Assembly (NCBI GenBank): GCA_963727825.1 | Contig: CAVSHO010000009.1 | Span: forward strand, 416,001 to 480,000 | Length of the DNA stretch: 64,000 bases | DNA from: Ignavibacteriota bacterium | GTDB lineage: Bacteria > Bacteroidota > Ignavibacteria > UBA10030 | Direction of reading: 5' to 3' | Shown here: in pieces, positions 20,768-31,487 of the stretch | Layout: each line of letters opens with the position of its first letter | Position numbering within the stretch: the first letter of the stretch is position 1 | Position numbers and translations under genes: made by a program | Notes under the pieces: model-generated | What the model was told of the DNA's origin: nothing | The model's input: the letters and a program-made list of their open reading frames with translations, nothing else | Database searches by the model: none

Positions 20768-21925
20768 ATGAAAAAAAATGTTAATGTTTCGTTAGTTATC
20801 TTCTCTATTGCAATACTGGTGGTGTGCATTTTGAAAACTTCCACTGCCCAAACTCAACCTGAAGTAAAAAAACAGCTTGTCCCAGGAGAACAGGCACCTC
20901 CTTCCGATCCGGGACAGAAGAATTTCGGTGGAATGCGCCCTGCAGTCGGGGCTGGCGGACAAAGACCGGCAGTACGGCCACCTCGCCCGGAACCAAAAAT
21001 CCAGACGGTTTCTCTGGAAGAGATCTCAATGAGCGATCCCTATATTTATCCTGATGAGAAATCCAATACATATTATTTGACGGGTACGGGCGGCCGTCTT
21101 TATAAAAGTAAGGACCTAAAGATGTGGACTGGTCCTTATCCGATCATAGACCTCACCGGAACCTGGATGGATGGACTCTGGGTAGCAGCGGCTGAAATTC
21201 ATCACATTGGAAATAAATACTATTATGCCGGCACCTGGAGTGACCACAGCACTTTGATCCAAGTCGTTCCTCGCCGTTATAATGTGCCGCGGAACCAGAC
21301 TCAACTTTTAGTAGCCGATTCACCCGAAGGACATTTCAAACCTTTAATTGCTGATCATGAATTCTGCCTCGGTCCGGAGGATTGGGATATTATCGATGGT
21401 ACTCTCTATACTGAGAATGATACTACATATTTGGTATTCGTTCATGAGTGGACCCAACTCATCGATGGAACCATGGATTACATGCCTCTTTCAAAGGATC
21501 TGACTCATCGAACCGCTGAGCCAACTACGATCTTCCGTGCCAGTGAGGCTGCATGGTCCAAAGAGATGAATAGCATAGGTGAAGCTACTTTTGGTTTGAA
21601 AATGCCCGGCTGGGTTACCGACGGTCCAGAAATGTTCCGAACAAAGACCGGCAAGCTCGGTATGCTGTGGGCGAGCTGGGGTGAACATCGGTATGCGCAA
21701 GGAGTAGCTTATTCAACATCAGGAAGTATCAGAGGTCCATGGATACAGGAAAAAGAAGCATTCAAAGGAGATAATTCCGGTCATGGTATGTTGTTTACTA
21801 CTTTTGAAGGGAAGCGTTTATTCATCGTTCACCATGCAGAAGAAAAAGGTCCTCGCAAACCACAACTCTATGAGGTAGATGATTCAGGTGATAAATTAAT
21901 ACTTGGATCAAGATATAATCCGTAA
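20768..21925 (+). CDS. GH43 glycoside hydrolase
   Basis: Signal peptide; MSDPYI, WVAAAE, IIDGTLY, HEW, VTDGP, SGHGMLF. Confidence 0.88.
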   Translation: MKKNVNVSLVIFSIAILVVCILKTSTAQTQPEVKKQLVPGEQAPPSDPGQKNFGGMRPAVGAGGQRPAVRPPRPEPKIQTVSLEEISMSDPYIYPDEKSNTYYLTGTGGRLYKSKDLKMWTGPYPIIDLTGTWMDGLWVAAAEIHHIGNKYYYAGTWSDHSTLIQVVPRRYNVPRNQTQLLVADSPEGHFKPLIADHEFCLGPEDWDIIDGTLYTENDTTYLVFVHEWTQLIDGTMDYMPLSKDLTHRTAEPTTIFRASEAAWSKEMNSIGEATFGLKMPGWVTDGPEMFRTKTGKLGMLWASWGEHRYAQGVAYSTSGSIRGPWIQEKEAFKGDNSGHGMLFTTFEGKRLFIVHHAEEKGPRKPQLYEVDDSGDKLILGSRYNP

Positions 21926-22020
21926 TAATGCTGATGATTGTTTATAAGGTTTAACATGAATATTTTATTTGAACTGATAAATTAATTATCCTTGTCCATA
22001 GAATTGGAAAGAAAAAACTT

Positions 22021-23568
22021 ATGAAAAAAATAATTTTTACTCTTTTGATTTTGATGATCTCAAAATCGGCATATTCACAAAATGTCAAAATAGATAGTAC
22101 TAAATATCCCAAGCTGGTGACATTTACTGCGCAGCAAGATCACGAGAATATGATGAAACAACTGGGAATTAAAAGTATAAGACCCGGTCCAAGTGGCAAT
22201 GAGAGCGCTCCCAATCATGCAAATTACAATGAGGCAACTGCAAATCCATGTCCACAACTGCCCGATGTGCTTACATTAACCAATGGCAAAAAAGTAACTT
22301 CAGCTGATATGTGGTGGAAGCAGCGGCGGCCAGAAATTATCGAACTTTTTGAGCATGAAATGTACGGCAGTTTGCCAAAAGAAATTCCAACAGTTACTTG
22401 GAACGTAAAAGTTTCAGACCGGGAATTTATTGGTCGTACTCCGATCATTGCCAAGCAGCTTGTTGGACACGTCGATAATAGTCAATATCCCTTCATCAAT
22501 GTCGATATTAATATGATGCTGGTTTTACCCGTGAATGTGAAAGGGCGTGTTCCTGTTCTCATCATGTTTGGTCGCCCTTCGTTCCCTTCTCCCGCTCAAC
22601 CTTCACTCGAGGACATGGAAAAAATTAATGCCGCTTTTAAACAAATGATTATTAAAAGCAATCCCGAATTAAAAACAATATTCGAACAATATCCGGTGTA
22701 TTCACCCATTACAAGATTGCCCGGACCAAATTGGTTTGCACCGGCAACCAATGGTGATTCACCTCCAACAGAACAGTTGCTGGCAGCCGGTTGGGGATAT
22801 GCAACATTAGATCCCAATAGTGTTCAGGCCGATAATGGTGCAGGACTTACGAGAGGTATAATCGGGTTGGTCAATAAAGGCCAACCTCGTAAGCCCGACG
22901 ATTGGGGATCCTTACGCGCGTGGGCTTGGGGAGCCGCTCGTGCACTCGATTATCTTGAAACAGACACGCTTGTCGATGCAAAAAAAGTAGGGATTGAAGG
23001 TGTATCCAGATATGGAAAGGCCGCACTGGTGACTCTTGCATTTGAACCTCGGTTTGCAGTAGGTTTAATAGGCTCATCAGGTAAAGGTGGCGCTACACTA
23101 GAACGCCGTGTATTTGGCGAAGCAGTCGAAAGCCTCGCTGGCAGTGGTGAGTATCATTGGATGGCTGGTAATTATTTAAGTTATGCTGCTTCAGAAGCAA
23201 GTGCTGGAAGTAAAACAGGTTGCGATTTATCTGTCGATTCCCACGAACTGATTGCTCTCTGCGCTCCTCGGCTTACTTTTATTAGCTACGGAATACCGGA
23301 AAAAGGTGATGCAAAATGGTTAGACCAAGAAGGCAGTTATATGGCAACAGTTGCAGCAGGCTCGGTTTTTAAATTAGTAGGCGTAAAAGATTTAGGTGTT
23401 TCCAACGATTATATGAAGGAAAAAATGCCGCCTGTTCTCACGGGTTTGTTGAATGGTGAACTAGCATGGCGGCAACACGATGGCGGACATACCGATGCAC
23501 CCAACTTTCAATATTTTATTCCTTGGGCAAGCAAACTGCTAAAGTATAACAGAACCCCATTACAATAA
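22021..23568 (+). CDS. CE15 glucuronoyl esterase (4-O-methyl-glucuronoyl methylesterase)
   Basis: GVSRYGKAAL (G-x-S-R-x-G-K), WGSLRAWAWG, DSHELIALCAPR, HDGGH. Confidence 0.9.
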   Translation: MKKIIFTLLILMISKSAYSQNVKIDSTKYPKLVTFTAQQDHENMMKQLGIKSIRPGPSGNESAPNHANYNEATANPCPQLPDVLTLTNGKKVTSADMWWKQRRPEIIELFEHEMYGSLPKEIPTVTWNVKVSDREFIGRTPIIAKQLVGHVDNSQYPFINVDINMMLVLPVNVKGRVPVLIMFGRPSFPSPAQPSLEDMEKINAAFKQMIIKSNPELKTIFEQYPVYSPITRLPGPNWFAPATNGDSPPTEQLLAAGWGYATLDPNSVQADNGAGLTRGIIGLVNKGQPRKPDDWGSLRAWAWGAARALDYLETDTLVDAKKVGIEGVSRYGKAALVTLAFEPRFAVGLIGSSGKGGATLERRVFGEAVESLAGSGEYHWMAGNYLSYAASEASAGSKTGCDLSVDSHELIALCAPRLTFISYGIPEKGDAKWLDQEGSYMATVAAGSVFKLVGVKDLGVSNDYMKEKMPPVLTGLLNGELAWRQHDGGHTDAPNFQYFIPWASKLLKYNRTPLQ

Positions 23569-23577
23569 ACATTTTTT

Positions 23578-25339
23578 ATGAAGATTATGAAAAGATCAAT
23601 CTGTTCTTTTATCACGATGTCCCTTTTGGCTGGCGGCGTAATTTTTTGTCAATCCAAAATTCCTGCAGCTATCGCCATTACCAAAGCTGATTTGATTAAA
23701 GGCTGGAACATCTATTCCTGTTTCCTCTATTGGTGAGCCTGTGGGTTCGGTAAAACTTTATGAGCCACGCTGGATAGAAGCCACGGATGCCACTCCAGCT
23801 TATGGTGTTGTTGAAGGTTCAATATTTCCTGTTGATCCAAACGGCTGGCCCATTAATTTCAGGGTATTGTTACCGGCCGGTTGGTCGCAGCACGCTATGC
23901 AAATCGGTGGTGGCGGTATGAACGGAATCATCACCATAAGAGAAGGCAGGAATCCGATGCTCAACAAGGGGTTTGCTTTATACGGAAGCGATGCGGGACA
24001 TCAGGCAGGAAGTATGGGATTCCCCGGTGCACCGCAAAACAAACCGTTGGCGACAGGTCCAACGCCGGGAGATGAATGGGCTTTGAATGATGAAGCTATC
24101 CGGAATTTGGGGTACATGCAAATGAAGAAGACCCATGATGCCGCTATGGTGATTATGGAGCGGGTATATGGAAAACTGCCTCTATACAATTATTATGTAG
24201 GAAGCTCTCAGGGCGGACGAGAGGGACTTACTGTGGCTCAGCGTTACCCAAAGGATTATAATGGAATTATTTCCAATGTTCCAATCGTAAATTTTTCAAG
24301 CTTAATGCTGGGGCCTGAGCTAATCAGGATTCGGGAAAAGCTCTTAAAAAATTGGGTGACACCTGCCAAAGTGAATGCCATAAGGGCTGAATTTCTCAGA
24401 CAATGCGATACACTTGACGGGCTCGCTGATGGCATTATTAACAATTACATGGCAGCACGGGCCATTTTTAATGTTAACGATAAAGTTGGTCCGACTGATC
24501 CTTGGGCTACGCTTCGCGCGCCAAATAACATTGATCCAGATCCCAACAACAAATCGGAATCAGCAAAGCTGACCAACGAACAAATTAAAACAATGGAATT
24601 TGTTTATAGTCCTTATAAATTTGCCACTCCCCTTGCCAATGGTGTAAAGGCTTTTGGTATGTGGTTGCCCACCACTGAACCTGATGGCTTCGGAATGATT
24701 ACCGGAACAAGGTATAAAGGACAGGAAGGGGCAGGTGAAAACGTTCAGGTACATAATTCGTTGGGAACACTTGGTGTTACCGGCTTCCTCATGCAGAATA
24801 TAAAAGCCAATCCACTCGACTACATTGAAGGAGGTCAATGGAATAAACGCAGAGAACAAATATCAGAATGGCTCGATTCTGATAATCCCGATCTTTCAGC
24901 CTTTTACAAAAACGGTGGAAAGATCATCATTACCATTGGTGCAATGGACAATATAGCCTCCCCTGGAGCTCAGCTTGATTATTACCAATCGCTTCTAGAC
25001 AAAATGGGACGGGAAACAATTGATAAATTTGCACGCTTGTATGTGGTTCCACAGGCTGGTCATGGTTTATCAGGGAAAAGTTATAAAATGAACGGCAAAG
25101 GAAAACCAGTGGAAGTCAAAAATATTCCTGCCCCTAATGGAGATGATAATATGGGCTTGATCATAGCTTGGGTGGAAAATAACCAGGCTCCAGTTAAAAC
25201 ACTTGTTATCAATCCGCAGGGCAAAATAGGAACAAAACAGGAAGGCGCAGGCTATTTGTTATGTTCATATCCAAATTATTCCAAATATGTAAGCGGACCA
25301 GTGGACCAGGTATCTTCCTATGTGAGTGAGGCACCATGA
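23578..25339 (+). CDS. Tannase/feruloyl esterase family alpha/beta hydrolase (+1 frameshift at 23698-23700)
   Basis: GGGGMNG, SDAGH, GSSQGGRE, CDTLDGLADGII, PDLSAF..GGKII, GHG. A signal-peptide frame from 23578/23587 joins the 23741 ORF if one A is removed from AAA. Confidence 0.85.
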
Positions 25340-25504
25340 GATCGTAAACAATAACTCTCAGAGAAAAATGATTTAGGTGATAGACTGATGCAAAAATATA
25401 TTCCCTATTAAAAAATTTCTAAAATTCAATCTGATGAATATCTTCATAAACAACAAAATAGTTAAAAGATAGACGATCATACCATAAGAGAGAGAACAGT
25501 TTCT

Positions 25505-27052
25505 ATGAAAAACAATATTTTTGGGGTAATGATGTTAGTGTTGATGATTGCTGGGTCTTGCATCGCTCAGCAACCTGTACCTGTAAAAGTCGATGGCGGA
25601 TTGTTACAAGGAACAACTGAAGATGGGTTGATAGTTTATAGGGGCATTCCGTTTGCGGCTCCGCCTGTTGGTGACCTCCGGTGGCGCGCTCCTCAACCCG
25701 CTGTGAAATGGGAAGGTGTACGGCAGTCAACCAAGTTTGCCCCTGGCCCAATTCAGGGCTGGGGTTCTCAGTCAGGAAAGAGCGAAGACTGCCTGTACTT
25801 GAACATTTGGACGCTGGCGAAATCCGTGAGCGACCGTATTCCTGTATTTGTTTGGATCTATGGCGGCGGATTTAACGGAGGATCCACTTCCGAACCGACC
25901 TACAGCGGAGAGAATCTTGCAAAGAAAGGAGTAGTGCTTGTCAGTATCGCCTACCGCGTTGGCCAACTCGGATTTTTAGCGCATCCAGAGTTGAGTGCCG
26001 AGAGCCCGAATCACGTTTCCGGGAATTATGGTCTGTTGGATATGATCGCGGGTCTCCAATGGATAAAGAAAAATATCGCTGCATTCGGCGGTGATCCAAA
26101 TAAGGTGACAATCTTCGGCGAATCGGCCGGAGGAATTGCGGTGAGTATGCTGTGCGCATCGCCGCTGGCTAAAGGACTGTTTCATGGCGCCATTTCGGAA
26201 AGCGGCGGATCATTCGGACCTCCACGGCACTTTACTTATCCCGGCGAGAACTTGAAACGCCTTACCGATGCGGAGCGTGCTGGACAAGCATACGTCGACA
26301 GTGCAAAGGTTTCGTCCATCACGGAAATGCGGAAGCTAAGCACCGATAAACTTCCGGCAATCCGAGGGCTTGCTTGGCCGATCATCGATGGATATGTTAT
26401 TCCCGACGATCAATATGTGCTTTATGAAGCAGGCAAATTCAACGACACGCCAATTCTCGTCGGTTACAACTCCGATGAAGGCGCTAGTTTTTCACCGCCC
26501 AAAACACCTGAAGACTACATCAAAGGCGTTAAGGCGCGGTACGGCAAGTTTGCAGATGATCTCTTAAAAGCTTATCCAGTCGGTACAAACTCGGTTCCAA
26601 AAACAGCGCGTGATTTGGCACGTGATGCGGCATTCGGCTGGCATACGTGGAGCTGGGCTTGGCTTCAATCGAAGATTGGGAAATCCAAAGCCTTTCTTTA
26701 TTATTTCGATCATCACCCAGACTTTCCGGAAAGCTCACCGAAGGCTGGTTACGGTTCACCGCACGGTCAGGATGTAGCATATGTTTTCCAACATCTTAAT
26801 CCATCGAGTCCGGAAGCAACGAATACTGATCAGGCAATTTCAGAAGCCATGGCAACTTATTGGACAAATTTTGCAAAGTATGGTGATCCCAACGGCAATG
26901 GTGTACCTGCATGGCCTGCATTCAGTGATGCCAATCCAGTGGTAATGTATTTCGGTCAGACCCCGCACACAGGACCCGTACCTAGCGCTGAGGCATTGAA
27001 AGTACTGGATGGTTACTTCAAGTGGCGTCGTTCGCCGGAAGGAAAGGAGTGA
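25505..27052 (+). CDS. Type-B carboxylesterase (COesterase family)
   Basis: GIPFAAPPVGDLRW, SEDCLYLNIW, GESAG, NSDEG, HGQD. Confidence 0.92.
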   Translation: MKNNIFGVMMLVLMIAGSCIAQQPVPVKVDGGLLQGTTEDGLIVYRGIPFAAPPVGDLRWRAPQPAVKWEGVRQSTKFAPGPIQGWGSQSGKSEDCLYLNIWTLAKSVSDRIPVFVWIYGGGFNGGSTSEPTYSGENLAKKGVVLVSIAYRVGQLGFLAHPELSAESPNHVSGNYGLLDMIAGLQWIKKNIAAFGGDPNKVTIFGESAGGIAVSMLCASPLAKGLFHGAISESGGSFGPPRHFTYPGENLKRLTDAERAGQAYVDSAKVSSITEMRKLSTDKLPAIRGLAWPIIDGYVIPDDQYVLYEAGKFNDTPILVGYNSDEGASFSPPKTPEDYIKGVKARYGKFADDLLKAYPVGTNSVPKTARDLARDAAFGWHTWSWAWLQSKIGKSKAFLYYFDHHPDFPESSPKAGYGSPHGQDVAYVFQHLNPSSPEATNTDQAISEAMATYWTNFAKYGDPNGNGVPAWPAFSDANPVVMYFGQTPHTGPVPSAEALKVLDGYFKWRRSPEGKE

Positions 27053-27068
27053 GCAAAATAATTACTCT

Positions 27069-28628
27069 ATGAAAAAAATAGTTGCTATCATCAGCATATT
27101 GATCCCGCTGCTAGCCCCGGGCCTCGCGGCGCAAGAGAAGAACCAGCTTGCTCCAGTTCATGTCGAACAGGGTTGGCTTATAGGCATACCAGGATCGGAC
27201 ACCTCGATCACTGTTTACAAAGGTGTTCCGTTTGCAGCACCTCCTGTTGGAGAGTTGCGTTGGCGTGCGCCGCGTCCTCCAGCAGCATGGGAAGGTGTGC
27301 GAAAGGCAAACAAGTTTTCAGCCAACCCGATACAGGTAATGCGGGAAGCGTTGGGGCCGTGGACTGCGGAATATCAACCGCAGGGATCGGTGAGCGAAGA
27401 TTGTTTGTATCTGAATATTTGGACTGCGGCGCAATCATCAAATGAAAAACGTCCGGTTCTGATGTATATTCCAGGCGGTGCGTTCACAGGCGGGTCTGGT
27501 AATTGTCCGGTGTACAACGGTGAGAACCTGGCAAAGAAAGGATTGGTTGTAGTTACGGTCAACTACCGGGTAGGCGTCATAGGATTTCTCGCACATCCGG
27601 AACTATCGAAGGAATCGGAACATAACTCTTCGGGAAACTATGGGCTATTGGACCAGGTGGCGGCACTCGAGTGGATCAAGAAAAATATATCCGCATTCGG
27701 TGGAGATCCGTCTCGGATAACGATCATGGGACAGTCAGCAGGGGCGGCGTCTGTACACTATTTGACGGCATCACCGCTCGCCAAAGGATTATTCATTCGG
27801 GCAATTGCTCAGAGCGGTTCCAATGCATGGATTGGCCCAGGAGAACTTCTGGCATCAGCGGAGCAGACTGGAGAAAGGTTCGCTAAAACCAAAGGTGCTG
27901 TTTCTTTGGCTGCGTTAAGAGCGATGCCAGCAGCCGATTTGATGGCTCCTGCGAAAGACGAATTCCATTTTCTCCCGATCGTGGACGGTTGGTTTCTACC
28001 GAAGAGTGTGGATGAGATTTTTGCAAAAGGTGAACAGAGCGATGTCACTACACTCACTGGCTGGGTTGCAGACGAAGGAAGCTTCAGCGACGACTATGGC
28101 AAGGTTCCAGCGGAAGAGTTTCGGAAACGGGTGAGACAACAGGTGGCCGCAAAGGCGGATGGGATTCTAAAACTTTACCCGGCTTCGACGGAAGCCGAAG
28201 GTGCAGAGTCGCAGAAGTTGCTTGCACGTGACATGTCAATGGTCTCGATGTACCAGTGGGCCGTGAAACGCGAGAAGACCGGCAGGACGAATGTGTACAC
28301 ATACCTGTTTGTGCATCCACAACCCGGAGTAACTAAAGAGCGATATCAGACATTCCACTCATCGGAACTTCCATACATCTTTGACAATCTGAACCAGTCA
28401 CTCCGGCCATGGACGATGGAAGACAAGAAGATCGCAGAGACAATGTCAAACTATTGGACGAACTTTATAGCAACGGGAGATCCGAATGGGACGGGATTGT
28501 CAAAGTGGCAAGCGTTCAGAGAATCACCAGAGGAGACGATGGAATTGGGCGACAAAATGGAACCACGACCTATTACCAGCGGTGAGAAATTCGAAGCTTT
28601 AAAACTGTGGCAGGATTCTATGCACTGA
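27069..28628 (+). CDS. Type-B carboxylesterase, tandem paralog
   Basis: GVPFAAPPVGELRW, SEDCLYLNIW, GQSAG, ADEG, HSSE; start at MKKIVAII with signal peptide. Confidence 0.92.
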   Translation: MKKIVAIISILIPLLAPGLAAQEKNQLAPVHVEQGWLIGIPGSDTSITVYKGVPFAAPPVGELRWRAPRPPAAWEGVRKANKFSANPIQVMREALGPWTAEYQPQGSVSEDCLYLNIWTAAQSSNEKRPVLMYIPGGAFTGGSGNCPVYNGENLAKKGLVVVTVNYRVGVIGFLAHPELSKESEHNSSGNYGLLDQVAALEWIKKNISAFGGDPSRITIMGQSAGAASVHYLTASPLAKGLFIRAIAQSGSNAWIGPGELLASAEQTGERFAKTKGAVSLAALRAMPAADLMAPAKDEFHFLPIVDGWFLPKSVDEIFAKGEQSDVTTLTGWVADEGSFSDDYGKVPAEEFRKRVRQQVAAKADGILKLYPASTEAEGAESQKLLARDMSMVSMYQWAVKREKTGRTNVYTYLFVHPQPGVTKERYQTFHSSELPYIFDNLNQSLRPWTMEDKKIAETMSNYWTNFIATGDPNGTGLSKWQAFRESPEETMELGDKMEPRPITSGEKFEALKLWQDSMH

Positions 28629-28649
28629 AACTTACACAGAGAATTCAAA

Positions 28650-29702
28650 ATGAAAAGAACAGTTACATTTATAAGCATATTGATTGTACTGCTAGCCGCA
28701 AGTCTCGTGGCACAGGAAACCATTGATGTCGGGAAAACAGGTTGGGACGTAAAAAAGCCGGTGATGGCAGCTGCGTGCGAATGTGGATGTCCTTGGGGAG
28801 AACTGGGTGATTTTATAAAAGAATCAATGAAGCCATACGGCTATTCTGTAATTCTTTGCCGTAACTGCAACCGGTTCTACGGACCACGTCTTGTTTCTGA
28901 ACATGATTATCCGCCACCGCTTGATAATATAAATCTTGCTGATAGTGTTACTGTTCGAGTTAATGCACAAGTTGATTTTGGTGTGACATCCACCGCCATG
29001 CTGAGTACAGCATACAACGGAACACTTGCTGGTAAAGGTCCGTATCATAACCTTCGCCTGATCGCAAAAATCGAAGATCCTTTCTATTATCTGGTTGCTG
29101 TGAAGAAAGAATCAGGGATTAAAGACGTTGCCAGTATCAAGCAACAACATTTCCCCGTCAGAATCATGGGTGCAGATGGTAATATGCTAACCATCCTGAA
29201 ATATTACGGCATCACTACTGATGATATTAAAGCCTGGGGCGGGAAAATGGGTGTTTCTGTAGAAGAAGCTCTAAAAGGTGATTTCGATGTCGTTGCAGGT
29301 TTTCTGGCAAGTCCGGCATTGAACCCTGAATCCTCCTACTGGACAACATTAAGCCAAAAATTTGATCTCTATTTTTTAGAACTGCCGGAAGATTTACTGA
29401 AACTTTTAGCGCAACAGAATGTAGATGCCGAATTTGTTGAAGTCCATCATAGTTTACTCAGGGGAGTTGACCGCCGGATAAAAACACTCGGCAGATCGGG
29501 CGAATCTGTCTTTGCGCGTGATGACGCTCCTGAACAGGCTGCATATGACCTTGCTAAAGCTATCGATGAAAATCACGGGGCACTAAAATGGTTCATCAGG
29601 GTATACACTTACGATCCAAAGACCGTTTGGCAAAATTTTGGTGTACCCTTACATCCCGGCGCTGAAAAGTATTACCGGGAAGTTGGTTACATAAAAAAAT
29701 GA
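28650..29702 (+). CDS. TAXI-family TRAP solute-binding-protein-like, Cys-rich
   Basis: Signal peptide; NLRLIA, ARDDAPEQAAYDLAKAI and PLHPGAEKYYRE signature; CECGCPWG and CRNC motifs. Confidence 0.8.
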   Translation: MKRTVTFISILIVLLAASLVAQETIDVGKTGWDVKKPVMAAACECGCPWGELGDFIKESMKPYGYSVILCRNCNRFYGPRLVSEHDYPPPLDNINLADSVTVRVNAQVDFGVTSTAMLSTAYNGTLAGKGPYHNLRLIAKIEDPFYYLVAVKKESGIKDVASIKQQHFPVRIMGADGNMLTILKYYGITTDDIKAWGGKMGVSVEEALKGDFDVVAGFLASPALNPESSYWTTLSQKFDLYFLELPEDLLKLLAQQNVDAEFVEVHHSLLRGVDRRIKTLGRSGESVFARDDAPEQAAYDLAKAIDENHGALKWFIRVYTYDPKTVWQNFGVPLHPGAEKYYREVGYIKK

Positions 29703-29736
29703 GAATGGGCAGTAACCACAGATTATCTGTACTTGA

Positions 29737-31251
29737 TTACTTTTCCCGACCTGTCAATATGTTTTCCAATCTCTCTCGTTTCACATAATTTTCAAAACGA
29801 AATGATTGAGCGAGTGCAATCACTTGTTCATTAGATAAGTTCTTGAACAGATTGCAATACTCAGGCACAAGCGCTTCAGCTATAAGAATATGTCTTACCA
29901 GCAGGTCAATCTGGGTTTGCTGGCCGGAAGGGTAAGGATTGTATTCGCTGAATTCCTTTTTAAACAACTCCTCTATCGGCCCCATCACCTGCCGGATATT
30001 TTTATCGGTCGATCCCCATCTATCCGCACCAAGTGAATTTTTCTTAACAAGAAATTTGGAAACCAATTTCATATACGGAGTATTTTCATTTTGGTGAAGA
30101 ATGGCCTGAAGCCCCAAATCCTTGTATAACCAGATGCACCAACTTACATTGTACTTACGGTAATATGCCAATTGATCTTTTAGAATCTGATATCGCATTT
30201 CATCTTTGACAGGGTTGCCAGTATACACCGGACCGAATTCACCTACCCAAAGGGGAACGTGATGGGAAAACATAAATTCACTTTTTTTAAGAAAATCATG
30301 TTCAAGAGTATCCCTGTTAACATACCTCCCTCTGGAATAACCAGGATAATCGCCACCATCAATAAATCCTGGCACAGCATAATCATGGTTGGTGTAAACC
30401 ACATTATCCCAAACCTCTGTGAACATATCAAAATCAGTAGCGTATGTATTACCTTCAAGGAATAGAATATGGTTTGAGTCGATTTTTCGAATAGCATCGC
30501 GCAGGCGTTTGTAATAAGCGAAAACTTTTTCACCAGTAGGAACTGCGGGTTCATTCATTAAATCATAACCCGCAACCCATGGTTGATCTTTGTAGCGTTC
30601 GGCAATAACTTCCCATAAGTGCAAAGCTCTGTCCTGAAAGTCCTTATATTTCCAGAACAATGCTTTATGAGTTGGATTGTCGCTATGCCAATGCTGATTT
30701 TGAAATCCCGGGAAGGCATGCAGGTCGATGATGGTATAGATCTGATGTTTGGCGCACAGCTCTATCACCCTGTCAAGGTGTTCGAATGCGCCTTCCTTAA
30801 TGACCCGTGGATTCATATCATCTTCAAAAAGATGGTAATTGATGGGGATGCGGACCAGGTTCAATCCCAGGCTATGTATGTATTCTACGTCCGGTTCAGT
30901 GAAATAGTTTTTAAGAAAATTCTCAAAGAAAAGATTGCTTTTTTTCTCCCCCAGTACGTTCAACAACCCTTCCCTCATGGCCTCTTCATTGGCCGGATAT
31001 CCATCAATGAAATTCTCCATGTGCAGCATTCCGCCCAGCCCAAAACCACGTAAATAGACTGTATCGCCTTTTTGGTTGATTATTTGATTACCTGAAACCT
31101 TCAACCAGTTTTCGTTGGTAGACATTTTATTATTCCCATTCTCAGAACAACCAGAGAATAAAAATAGGATCGAGATGATGAGCAATAGATGGAAATTTAT
31201 TGGTCTCATAGTCGTTTTGGCTTTCGAAGTAATGATATAAAATATGTCCAT
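29737..31251 (-). CDS. GH5 glycoside hydrolase (possibly GH5_22 beta-xylosidase-like), lipoprotein
   Basis: LFSGC lipobox; LVRIPINY, IDLHA, YDLMNEP, HDY, WVGEFGP. Confidence 0.88.
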   Translation of the reverse strand: MDIFYIITSKAKTTMRPINFHLLLIISILFLFSGCSENGNNKMSTNENWLKVSGNQIINQKGDTVYLRGFGLGGMLHMENFIDGYPANEEAMREGLLNVLGEKKSNLFFENFLKNYFTEPDVEYIHSLGLNLVRIPINYHLFEDDMNPRVIKEGAFEHLDRVIELCAKHQIYTIIDLHAFPGFQNQHWHSDNPTHKALFWKYKDFQDRALHLWEVIAERYKDQPWVAGYDLMNEPAVPTGEKVFAYYKRLRDAIRKIDSNHILFLEGNTYATDFDMFTEVWDNVVYTNHDYAVPGFIDGGDYPGYSRGRYVNRDTLEHDFLKKSEFMFSHHVPLWVGEFGPVYTGNPVKDEMRYQILKDQLAYYRKYNVSWCIWLYKDLGLQAILHQNENTPYMKLVSKFLVKKNSLGADRWGSTDKNIRQVMGPIEELFKKEFSEYNPYPSGQQTQIDLLVRHILIAEALVPEYCNLFKNLSNEQVIALAQSFRFENYVKRERLENILTGREK

Positions 31252-31487
31252 TTATTTTATTCCTTAATAGTGTACAACACTTCGTCGATTAACGGCATCT
31301 CACACTAACATGGTTTAATAGAAGGATGTATCAAGCGCTAATTAAAATAATCCCTTGTTAAATAGTAATCAACAATAAATATTTTTATTCGTGCTATAAA
31401 GTTTGTTAGATAAATAAAGTGTTAACCATACATCATTGGAATATACTTGAAGACAAGCACAGCGCTTTATTAGTTGTAAAATATGGT

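Noticed and set aside
4835-23700. Programmed frameshifting or phase variation at the GH3, GH2 and tannase breaks
   Set aside because: The runs are only 2-4 nt with no slippery heptamer or long tract; sequencing error is more parsimonious.
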